A DNA stretch of 64,000 nt from Paragordius varius (taxonomy: Eukaryota; Animalia; Nematomorpha): assembly GCA_964247055.1 (NCBI GenBank), contig OZ176051.1, forward strand, positions 4,030,001 through 4,094,000, given 5' to 3'. Under the pieces are notes generated by a model. The model was given only the letters and a program-made list of their open reading frames with translations, was not told the DNA's origin and searched no databases. The position numbers and the translations under genes are program-made. Within the stretch, counting starts at the first letter, position 1, and the number at the start of each line of letters is the position of its first letter. Below, piece by piece: positions 27,240 to 38,743 of the stretch.

Positions 27240-28770
27240 ATAAAAAATATTTAAAGAATGGATAAATTATATTTGAACATAAGGCTTTTAAATCTTTTAA
27301 CATTTAATTTTAATTTTACTGCTGTCCACACTTGATTTACTGTAGAATAAACGCGTTCAGTCGCAGCAAGTTCCGGGCAAAGAAAATTTCACAATTTTTA
27401 AAACGTTATTGTATTATTTTGTTTCAAAATATTGAAATATTTTCAACCATTTGTCCTCTATTGTTAATTTTTCTGATGCCCAATATCTAAGCTTTTCCTT
27501 ATCAATATATTTTTTAACAAATTTTCATTAAAAAATCATTTTCAGTTATATTTAAGAATTTCAGATTAATATAATCAAATGATTTTTGAACATCGTATCA
27601 AGTATATTCTGGTTTTAATGTAAAATAGATCACTATCATTGAATCGTCCGTCCAGTCAAAATAATTGCTGTTGGTATAAAACCGTTTTATACGGCTCATG
27701 GTATGCTGACGGTTTATTGTACCTTGCTCTTCGAGCTTATTTATACTATTGCTAATAGTAAATGTCAGAAAATTATTTTTTTGACATAGGTATTTTCAAA
27801 TATTAAATTCATTTGCTATTTCGATTGGAGATAATTTGTCACCTAAAAAGGTTTAATGACGTTTTGAAAAAGAGCAGCTTAAGTTTATAGAAACTAAAGT
27901 AGAATCTTAAGGGATTTTACATTTCCAAAATTCTTTCGATAGCTTGCAGACGAGCTAACCAACACGTTTTACAGTATCGAAGAATTTTTTGATCCACTTC
28001 CGCTAAGCATTTTAACGCGTAAAATTTATATAGAGAAATAAAATATATTTTAACAACAATATTTGCCACATCTACTGGTAACAAGTTAGCAGGTATTTGT
28101 TAAGCATAAGCGTTATGTATTATATTCGCCTCACAACCAATAATATTTTGATTCACATCTTTCGCTAACAAAAAATTATTTGTACCTCTTATCGCTTTTC
28201 CTCCGAAATTAGAACTCGTATTGTCTGTACAGTATGCGATGATTTTACTTTTAAATTATTTTCCCAAAATATCAATAATAGAACTAAAAACCGGGTAAAC
28301 AAAATCTAAAATTTAATTTTAACCGCAGTATCTGAATGAGAACATATGTGCATAAAATTAATTTAGTGAAAATTATTTTTTATTTCTAAAAATGCATAAA
28401 AGCATCATACATACTATTGCCTCGGCCCTTGTTCTAGCACAGTACGTTTTATATTAAATAGCTTTCTGATAACTTGTAATATACAATCCATAGATCTGAA
28501 GGTGATTAACAGCGTCAAATAATATAAGTCCTACTGAGAATGCTAAATTATTTTCTTCTTCTCCATTAATGTTTATTAAAAAAAGATGGAGCACTATTGT
28601 AACATCAATTTTGTTTCTGTGTCTCAAAATGCTTTAATATATTATTTTTTTCCGCCATGGAAGATACTGACGCCGTTGCATGAAACATTTAACTATGTTG
28701 TCCTTTTTTGATTTAATAAAAGGAAATTCACTCCTTAAATCATCGGTGAGTGTACTCATTTTGTTAAAAA
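27240..28770 (-). mobile_element. hAT transposase remnant (both ends lost)
   Basis: Collinear with 3350-4620 and 15650-17150. Confidence 0.75.
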
Positions 28771-30245
28771 TCTAATTAAACTAAATCACACAGGCTTATC
28801 GTTCACATATAATATATATATATAACTTAATGAGGTATAAATGTATTCAAATTTATAGTGGTAAAGTACTGTAACTATACAGTTTATTCAATAATATAAT
28901 AAGATTGGTTGCGAGGTTATTTCCTAATATAGTAAAGCATAAAACGTTGATGCAAATGATCCCTGAATCTCTTTCGAAACGAGGTGATAATAAATGTCAA
29001 TTACAAACTACACCAATTACCTACCTATTTAATTACGACTTCAGAGCTTTGATTACAAATTTAAAAATTAGTTGAGAGTTTAAATAAGTGTTGCCCAGCA
29101 AAATGCAGAGATGTTTCAATTAGTTTGTACCGCTGGTGTAACTTAAATTAAAATACATTGTAATAATTTTTAAAATTGGATAATTGTCAAATAATTTTGA
29201 AACCAATAATATAATTTATTGCAGTCGTTATCCACCATCAGCTGCAGTTTTAATTGTTCTGATCTCGTTTAGTATAAAGTAATGTTTCCGTTTTCCAAAT
29301 AGGATTCTCCGAATATGTAGTAATACAAAATATTTCATTTTTAAATAGCAATTAGTTTTATATGTTAACAGATATTAAAATTAAATTTAAAAAATATACA
29401 GTTTATAGGGTCTCTTTTTATCCTTTTTCATTAAAGGATTAGGATTCAAACTGTATCCGGATTTGTGAAGGCTTTAACACTCGCCTGCCCAGAGCTGACA
29501 GTGATGATAGAAAATTGCGTATTTTTGGGATTCGAACTCTAAATTGTAAGAGTCCGACGCCCAAGCTGATTAATAAAATGTTTTTTACTAAAGACTAACC
29601 AGATTTTAAAATGGGTATTAAATCAATAAAAGTGGCTAGATCTTGATCTAAGATTACCTTTGTTTAATATATAGCAATTTTTTTATAGGTAATATGTTTG
29701 CTATTTTTCAAGCAACAATATAATTCCCATAACTTCAAGTCGTAAAAATTGATGTAATGCTATTTTTAATTTGTATTAGCAATAGTGCACTCAAAAGGAT
29801 ACAGGGAGAAATCTTTGAAAAATAACATTTTTTAGCGTTTGAGATTTATATGTCTGGGTGTATTTATATCTAAAAATATGAGTTAAAGTTCCTAACAAGT
29901 ATTTAATAAAATTTTAGATAAAGGATAAAACTTAAATCGCTCAATTGCAGATATAACCGAAATTTATTATTTTTGATTTAAATGCGATTATATTTTTTTA
30001 ATCCTACAATATAAAGTTAACCAGATATTATAACTTAAATGAAATTATTTATATAAGTGTAAATAAAATTGAAACAAAAATTGATTCTAATTACAACAAT
30101 CAATGTGTTACATATAATTTTCAATCAAAAATAAATACTTTAACCACTATAATCATCCAAATATGTTTAATATCTTTGGAGATGTTGTTTTGGCAAGAAT
30201 CAGGGGCTGAAACGGAAAGCCGAAATAAATGGTATATTAGAATAT

Positions 30246-31362
30246 CACTGCTCAACAAGGTTTTGCACCACCCCATTAATTTTGCATTTTTTGATACCTA
30301 ATGGCATGGAAAGGCCAAAACAAAAAGAAAATTGAGGCCACCAATAGGATTTTTCCAAAATTTAATTTTTAAATTTGTATTTAAATGAAAAATAACAATC
30401 GTTCCTCGTGTACATATGATTAAATATTCAAACGAGCAGGTCGATACAAGTAATATTCCATCCACGGATAACAAATTCTAGGCTTTAAATAAGATACTAA
30501 ACAAGCTAAGAGCCAAAGTATTAAAAATCTAAAAGGGCTTATGTATAGTGTGATAGATCCGGGCGGCTGCACAAGCTCTGCATATCCCCCAAGCGATCCT
30601 ATAATTATGCCAGATGTGGCAAAGATAACAATAAGTAATCGTAAAGTCCGATAAGAGAGACTTGCAAGCAAAATCCAGGCAAATTGACAAGTCAAATTAA
30701 CCAATTTACAGAATAAAGTTAGATAAATTTTACAATTAAATTGAATATAAATTAGGTAAATAAAAATGGTTCAATTCTACTAAATGTGGCTACACAACAT
30801 CCATTTGATATTCAAAATACAAAACAACCAATAATTTTAAAAAAATAAGGTATATCCACTAGGCATAAATAAAGGATTTTTTGTAAGAATCAACTCAAGT
30901 GAAAAAGCCTAATAAGTACTCGAAAGAACGAAAACTAACAAAAAATATAGCCTATCTGAAAGCCGAAGGTTTAAACCATAGAATGCCTTTTTTAGTATAT
31001 TTTTAAAAAAAGTATACATGTGTTAATAATTCACTTGAAAAAAAGGACTAAATTTTGACGTTTAAGTCTGTACTTTTTTTTTCTCTCTGATATTTAAATG
31101 ACATATATATATTCAAAAGATAGAATTTAAAACGCTTTATTAAATGATATAGTGTTTATAATATAATAACATTTTATTATAAAGTTATATTTAATTTTTT
31201 ATCGATTTTTTCCTGTTTTTTAAAAAATTGAAAAACCTATAATATTTCAAAATTCTGATTGGCGGGATCAAAAAATTTTTCAGATTCGGAAACACTGAAA
31301 TTAGTCATAATTTAAAAGTTTGAGTGGTGGTGCTCAAAAATGTCCAAATTTGTCGACTAGTG
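30246..31362 (-). mobile_element. CACTA/EnSpm-like element (copy 2, 1117 bp), inverted relative to copy 1
   Basis: Same CACTG/CACTAG ends as 19833-22189; 3-bp TSD TAT (30243-30245 and 31363-31365). Confidence 0.8.
30420..30704 (-). CDS. Hydrophobic cargo ORF (94 codons, non-ATG start) in CACTA-like copy 2
   Basis: The frame is open in both diverged copies, with two to three TM-like stretches. Coding status is unproven. Confidence 0.3.
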   Translation of the reverse strand: MVNLTCQFAWILLASLSYRTLRLLIVIFATSGIIIGSLGGYAELVQPPGSITLYISPFRFLILWLLACLVSYLKPRICYPWMEYYLYRPARLNI

Positions 31363-33899
31363 TATATGATATTAAAAAATGTTTCCTTTTTTGAGGAAAA
31401 ATTAGATATTTGCGTAGGGTACATTTTTAGATAATTCATGTAATGATATTTCGCTTTATTTTAAGAATATACAAATATATGTAATGATATTGGATTTAAT
31501 AATCAAAAATTCTATCACTATAATTAAAAAGTATAAATATCACGAAAATTTAATTTGTCATTATTTTTATAGTTTTAATCAAATAGCTTTATAAATTAAT
31601 ACTTATATCAATATATATATATATATATGTGCATCTAATTATTAATATACCACCGAGGCTACTGCTAAACAAAGTAAAAAATATAATAGCTTCTAATATA
31701 TCTAAGGAAAAAAGATGCGCCATCTTTTTACTATATATTAACATAATGAGATATTTTCTTAGGAGCAAATAGAAGTAATAGCACCTCTTATCAAGCAAGT
31801 GGCTTTATAAAACCAAATATTTTAAGGACAGTGTTTAACACATGTCAGAGTGTGGGATTCGTCCTTTTTGTGGACTCATCAGTCACACATAGTGAACACG
31901 GGCAAGCACTAGCAGTTAGGATTATGTTTAAATGCTGAGTAATTTAGGTTGTATAAAATAATTTAGTTGGTCAAGTAAAAATAGAGAACTAAAGCCCAGC
32001 CAGTGCCCCGATTGTACTAAAATCAAAAAGGATCATAATTCCTTTACATTAGCCAGGATGGGGCTTATTGAATTAGAAGATCATAAATTTTTTAAATGAT
32101 ATTGTATAAGCATTTTTTTTCACAAACATATTTAATAATATATTTAAACAAATTCAAATTACTATGATGATATTATTTATAAATAAAATACCTAGTTTGT
32201 TTTTGGTAAATTAGAATTATAATCCTATTTTTGCTTTGTTTTACCGAAAAAATCACAAAGTAATATAAAAAAATATATTTTCAAGATATTGATAAAAAAT
32301 TAAACAAAAAACTTACAGTTAAACTACTATATTTTATTTTTAGATAAATCAAATTTATGAATGCCATGTGAATTTTAGAGAATTAGATTGAGTCTTCTGC
32401 AGATAGATCCTATCAAGTTAGATTGACCTGTCACCCCTGATACTGATACTAATTGATTAAACAATAAGATGATAAAACAATATTTCAAGTTGATACGCAA
32501 AACTGGATTAATCAAGACGAAAATACGGACGAATATTTAGGTTTCATATGGATTTTTTTTAACTCAACGTTGTATGGAGAGAGTATGATTTATATTTTTG
32601 ATAATTTTGTTGAATCCTGCTAAACAAATTTGTTACTATAATTTAAACAGCTTAAAAGACCCGTATGATTACGAAAGTTACGATAATGACAAAACTGATA
32701 TATTTATTCATCCAAAGAAAGTGGAATTTGCGTTCAAAATAAGACAATCCACTACTAAGGCTGGAAATTATTCGAGAGTAAATCTATCAAGAACAATACA
32801 ATCAATTCTCCAGCTATGGTAGATGTTTTTGTGGGAAATACTACAGATATCTTAAATTCTTTCAAAGTTCTTAAAAATGAAAATATAAAAGTGCCAGTAT
32901 AATTATCGGGCTTTAGATTTATTTAATATGATTACATAATTATTTAATACAATTCTTCACTTGTAAGCATATCAAATAAATAAGTCCCTAGTTTAAATCA
33001 CATATAAACAAAGTCCAAAATTATTGAAATAAATTATGTAATTTATATTTTCGTCATTTTGTTACATATTTTAAGTACACAGCTAATTCATACGATTTCG
33101 AGGTTCGGCATTTTTTATATAAATATTCATATTTGACTAGAATGCAATGTTTATAAGCATGGCGATTGTAAATGGTCCCTATTTAGTTTTATATCGTATT
33201 TTCGTTTATTAAATACCTTGTTTTCAATGAAGGTGTCCCAGAATTTTAACATTTATGTCTAATTATAGATTTTATAATCTTTCACAATATTATTGACACG
33301 TAGATAAATCTGCTAGGATCATATTTAATTTTTTAATTTTTTTTATAATAGAGTTTGTTATCCATATAGTACCAATAACTAATCACTGGTGGCCCTTGTG
33401 TTTTAATTATTCTGAGAACAATATGCATAGTTTTGATAATTTTAAATACTATGGGATCTAAAATTGAAGGGGAATAAGTTTAAAATATTGACTTAACATT
33501 GTTAGTACATACTAGATAAAACCATTATTGGCGCCCACAAACCAATTTCAAATTTTGATTACTTCTAAATGAAAAAAATATACGATAGATGTTTTTTCTA
33601 GAATAAATTGAAAAACTACCGAAATAAAGGGTATCTTTTATTTTAAAATTAAAATTTTAATTTTCGTAAAATTTATTAAATTAAACTATATACAAAATTA
33701 TCGATACATGGTAGTATCTTTTGGATGACTATAATCAAAAGAAATAATATTGATAATAAAAGTTAAACAAAATGCAAATAATTATAGAATATAAAATGAA
33801 AAATATAAAATGTGTTGATGTCCATGTGGTTTTTTTCTTAATGCTTGCGTGTATAAATATCTAAAAATAATCTGTTTCTTTTAGGAACGCTTTGGTGAC

Positions 33900-34440
33900 A
33901 TTATTCAATTCCTTTTTTTCTTCCACTTGTTAATAAGGTTTTAACTATTTGAATGGATGTAACAAGCTTCCCAAATCAACCTGTCGGATAAATTGTCGGC
34001 TTGTGCCATTATGGATGCTGGAGCGAAGGTGTGTCCCTTATTTTGGAAACGGTTAAACACAGCCGATTTATAGTTCTTTTTCTCAATACTAAACGGGAGG
34101 TCCAATATAATGTGCTGGACAATTATTACATTTTTTGTGGTAGACGTAGATTCGTTTTTAGGTTCTCGACGTCGTTTTAACAATCTTAATGAATTCTTTG
34201 GTGGTAACACGCACTTCGGTTTTTGTTATAATGTATAATCTTTTAGATGTGTTAGTGTATGCCAGGCTTAGACATCTTTTGGGCGGATTTTGTTTTTATC
34301 TTGAGTTAATATATTGTTTCATAAATCAGTTATCCAATGTTTTTTGTTACCTTGATCAAGCATCATGGTCACAATTTCTGAATTTTGTGATATTCGTACC
34401 TTTATACATGTGTGCATTAGCTAAATTTAATTCAAAATAA
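33900..34440 (-). mobile_element. Penelope-like retroelement fragment (GIY-YIG endonuclease)
   Basis: Frameshifted IYVYHKKCNNCPAHYIG, then KSAVFNRFQNKGHTF...DRLIWEACYIHSNS, matching the PLE endonuclease C-terminal pattern. Confidence 0.7.
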
Positions 34441-37342
34441 ACTACTTTTTTGTTTCTATCAATGTTAGATGCGATTTATAAATAAAAAATTAGCTTTAAT
34501 TTTAGCTTTAAAATAAACATGATATTTTGAAGAAATGTGAAATAAAAATGGTGTCGAAGTAGTTTGATATGAAACTATTTTTTCAAAACTATTTTTTTAA
34601 ATCTAATTTTTCTTTCGATTATTTGGCTTATTGTTATCAATTTTATTAGGATCGAAGCATAAATTTAAATTGGGACCGTTTTATATGGATTAAAAAATAT
34701 CAACCTTAAGTCTGGGTTATTAGGTACCCCAATTTGAATCGAAGTGTTAAATTCGGTAATCTAGATGTCAAAAAACTAAAAAATTGTAAATATTTTTCAA
34801 CTAATACAGGAAAAGGTTTGATATCTTAATTAACCGAAACAATTTTCAAAAACAGTAGAAACTTTAAGCTCTGAGTCGAGACTATGCAAATATGTCATCG
34901 CAAAAAATGAAAGTGAATGAGGTGTTAATATAATTTTTAATTATTAAGAAACAACGCATATGGCTGAGCTTTTTTTAAATTAAGCTTCTCAGTTTTATCG
35001 CATCCCATATGAAAATAGCGGTTTAAAGGGGATCCACAAATTCTTCATTGATTTTTAATTTGAAATTTAAGAATACGGAGATTTACGTTTTCTTAAATTG
35101 ACCCCTCGGTTTAGGTCCGCCCTCCTAAAATAATTGGTTTTGTAAACAATTAGTTATTATGTCAGAAAATATGAAGACCTATTAATATATAATTTGCAAA
35201 TGCGAATAGCATATCTATTTTGCCTGACTCGGCTAAAACTTGGATGATATGTTTTAGATTCAAGACATTATCCAGAATAGGTGTCGGCCGATTCGCAAAC
35301 GGATTTTTTATTTATATTTAAATGTGCCATGGCTGAGACATTTTTAATAGACCTTTTATGACAGATCATATATCTCCCTAATCGTTGTATAAATTATAGT
35401 GGCTTCGAAATCCTGAAAACAGTCATTTTATTAGGATTTAAAAGTGGTTTGTATTTACCTATAAATGGGCCATGTGAGTGGGCCGTTTTTAAATTTCTTT
35501 TGTCCTACCTCGTAAATAGGTGTTTCTGAAATAACATTTTTTAAAATAATCAATCTTTTAGCCCATATGATTCAAAAATAGAATTTTTTATTTGATATTG
35601 AGCCAAAGGTGAATAGTCTATTTTTTAATGAGCTTCTTGTTTCATCCTCAACCCTCTCAAAATAATGGAGTATGTTAGCTGGATTTAACGCAATTTTCCT
35701 TGAAACGCTCCCATTTATATTTAAAGGTATGAGATTTAATTATCAATTTCAAATGCCCAGAAGATGACAAAGCCATTTTTTGACTTTTCCCTGCTAAATT
35801 CCAATCCTGGTAAAAATAATTAGCCCGCAATTTTGACACACTATTGTAAAAATAGAGGATTACATTGTTGAAATTTTCGTAGAGGCATTCGAATACATAA
35901 AATTTTTTATCATTTAAAAAGGCGCCGAAGGATACTAGCTATTTTTTGAATGACCCCTTTTCCCAGCCACCAAATAAGGTTTTCAACGGGTTGACCAGTC
36001 GAATTCAAAATAAAAATTTTTTATTCATCTTTATATTTGTTTAGAGTGACAGGCATCTTATCAAATTTGGCCCTCAGTTCAGCCCATCCCAATTGAAAAA
36101 ATAAATTTGTAAATGGCTTTGAAACAACTTTCCGAAAAAGTTGTTTAACTATTCAAATTATATGGTATCAAATAATCCTGTCCAAGAGAGTCACCGTGTT
36201 TTAGAGTGATATATTTATGAAAAAGTTATGATATCATTGGATTTATGTCAAATCGTCAATTTTTATTAGCATAGTTTTTCATATAATTCTCGTTAAAAGG
36301 AAATGTTTTGAACATGTCTGTCATGCAGGACCCAACCCGACTTATCAGTGACAATTATTTGGTCATCGTTGAATCATGGTTTTACTAATAGCACCCTATT
36401 ATATTAATGGACAGAAATATCTTTATAGGATTTAAAATTTAACATTGACACAGTAAAAATTGAAATTATACAGACAAGGCATAGAAACTCAAAGATAACC
36501 TTATTTTATAAACCTTAATATTTTTATACATAACAAATCGTTTTAGGTTAAATAAGGAATAAAGATGAAAATTGTTAACATACTCAAATATATATTTCAA
36601 TATGTTATGCAGAAGATTTCAGGTTTAAAAAAATATTTAATTAAAAATATTTGTCCTTGTACAATTATAATTTTCTTTGTATAAAACAAAGAATTGGGTA
36701 AATATAATAGGGCGCGGAAGTTAAAATTCGACACCGTATTCTTGGTATATTAGTTTCTTTGCCAGTGACCGCTTTTACCATTATTAAAATTTTTTAATTT
36801 ATAGAAACATAAAATACGAAATATCATAACTTTTTGTCTTTATGTATTTTGGAAAATTTCTTAAATTAATTTAAGAAACCGTTTATTAGTATATATGTAA
36901 TGTTCCAATTTAGGCGTTCTATTAATTTGGCACAAGGCTAAAAGAAAAAATTACCTCTTAAAATTGATTAAATAATTGACAATTTTCACAGCATTATTTG
37001 ATGGTAGTCGCTATTAAAATGTAATATTAATCAAAAATATTACCATACCAAGATATATGGGGGAAACCTACATATATAATTTTTACAAATCATCGTACAC
37101 CACACTTAAATCAATAAACATGACTTGCACAAATATTGACAATCTATTGTTAACCAACCAATAATTGCAAATCATTTTTATATTTTTCTCCATTTTCGTC
37201 ACACTTATTCCCTTACATATCCCGAATTTATCCCAAGTAATTTTTTAACCTTTAAAATATTACTGAAAGTTAAATATTCAAAACACTTTTGTTAAAAGTA
37301 AATATTTTTTAAAATTATTTGGTTTTTTTAGACATTGTTGAA

Positions 37343-37489
37343 ATGGAACACACAAAAGAAGCCATGAAAAATATGGGGGACGCTATTAAAGCCGATTATC
37401 ATGAAACAAAAGGTTACGTTCAGGGAAAAATGGATCAGGCTAAGGCAAACACCAATGCTAAAGCCAATCAACACCCTGGTAGCATGTAG
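37343..37489 (+). CDS. 48-aa hydrophilic microprotein, LEA/hydrophilin-like
   Basis: MEHTKEAMKNMGDAIKADYHETKGYVQGKMDQAKANTNAKANQHPGSM*. GC-richer island; acceptor ttttttag 11 nt before the ATG; AATAAA just after the stop. Confidence 0.72.
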   Translation: MEHTKEAMKNMGDAIKADYHETKGYVQGKMDQAKANTNAKANQHPGSM

Positions 37490-38743
37490 AAAAAATAAAA
37501 ATTTATTTAATCCAAAATTTTTAATCCAATTACTCACTACATATAATGACTACTTTTTCGTTAATTTATGTCAGTTATTAACAATGTAATTTAACCATAA
37601 ATAAATTGATGTTTGAGTACTAATATTATAGGTTATTTTATTCAAATGGAGTTTCAAGGTCCCCATCATTAGCCGACCAGGTAAAAATAAGTTTTTGTTG
37701 ATAATCATATTTATAATGGACACAAATATTTTAATATAGCCTCAATTCATTGAAGCATAACAGTTTGGCAAAGGCCAACGACGAATATGGAAACGCATAA
37801 AAAGAAAAATAATAATCGTAAAAGATAGAGATAAGAGGACATGGCATTTTAATAAATTTAAACTCAAAATGTCATTTAATACTACGTTTTAGAGCATCAT
37901 TTCTTTATACACAATTGAACGTTGAATGAAATTTTTATATATATGCTTTAAGTATGAAACTTAAATCATTTTTTAAAATAAATTAGATTGTTTAAATGCA
38001 TAAATAGCACTGCATCTGATTCAACAATCGGGATCGTTTGGTGATTACAAAATTGTTACGATACAAGGGACTATGGACGTGTTAAAATTTTAAAAATTAA
38101 ATAGAGTAATGTTAATGATTTATTTAAACAACAGTATTGATGTGGGAATAAATTTCCAAAACATCCATTAGATATTGTTTAATTTCTTTTCCGACATCTA
38201 GTATGTGAGTATATCAAAAAAAATCGCTAAGAAATATTTTGTTTAACATGGTCTTAATTTACTTATATGATGTTGGGTCATAGAGCGAGGATCATATGTT
38301 TTGGTAGACCGAATGCGAGTTTTAAGCACGACGAATTTTGTTATGCCATAATTATTTTACCAACCAAGATAAATTTGTGTGTTTACTGTCTACTAATATA
38401 ATATTTTGGCTTGTAATACATGTTTCAATTGTGTAAATTTTACATAACCTAGAAGCCATAATGAAGATTTCTTATCGCTAGCCGAACTTAAAATAAACAA
38501 AACTCACTACAAATACAACATTTATGTAAAAGATATAAATAAAATTAAAAGGCATATTGTTAAGAAACCTTTTTTGAGCACAATCAAATGGATGCTTTGT
38601 TACTTGTATACAGGTGTATAATGTGCAATTTTTGTTATTGTGCTAAGGAAATATTTAACAATAATTATATATCGATAGAAAAAATTGTAAATGAATTTTA
38701 AAGGTAAATGCAAAATCGTTTTATATAACGAGGATGAGGACCC

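Larger units (their letters stand above)
29030..32950 (+). pseudogene. 'DPYDYES' family, + copy 4 (diverged; interrupted by a CACTA-like element)
   Basis: Inverted homology to 24480-25975. Exon ...DENTDEYLGFIWIFFNSTLYG GA|gtatga...aaacag|C TTA AAA GAC restores the LKDPYDYES frame. Confidence 0.5.

Noticed and set aside
29440-29570. tRNA-like B-box motifs (GAGTTCGAATCCC on the minus strand)
   Set aside because: No complete cloverleaf or acceptor stem; at most an eroded tRNA-derived SINE head.
19833-31362. One giant ~11.5-kb foldback/Maverick element bounded by long inverted repeats
   Set aside because: Each arm has both of its own termini and its own, different 3-bp TSD, so they are two independent insertions in opposite orientation.
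34850-36200. Faint similarity to the Helitron internal repeat (~36060-36160) and other old repeat-like text
   Set aside because: Too degenerate to define boundaries or family by eye.
37630-37800. Possible small exons downstream of the microprotein (SNGVSRSPSLADQ|gtaaaa)
   Set aside because: No consistent start or phase chain could be built.
38600-38743. 47 open codons after the SDR stop (possible readthrough)
   Set aside because: TAA-G is not a typical leaky context, the SDR domain is already complete, and this length can occur by chance; it would need Ribo-seq or conservation evidence.
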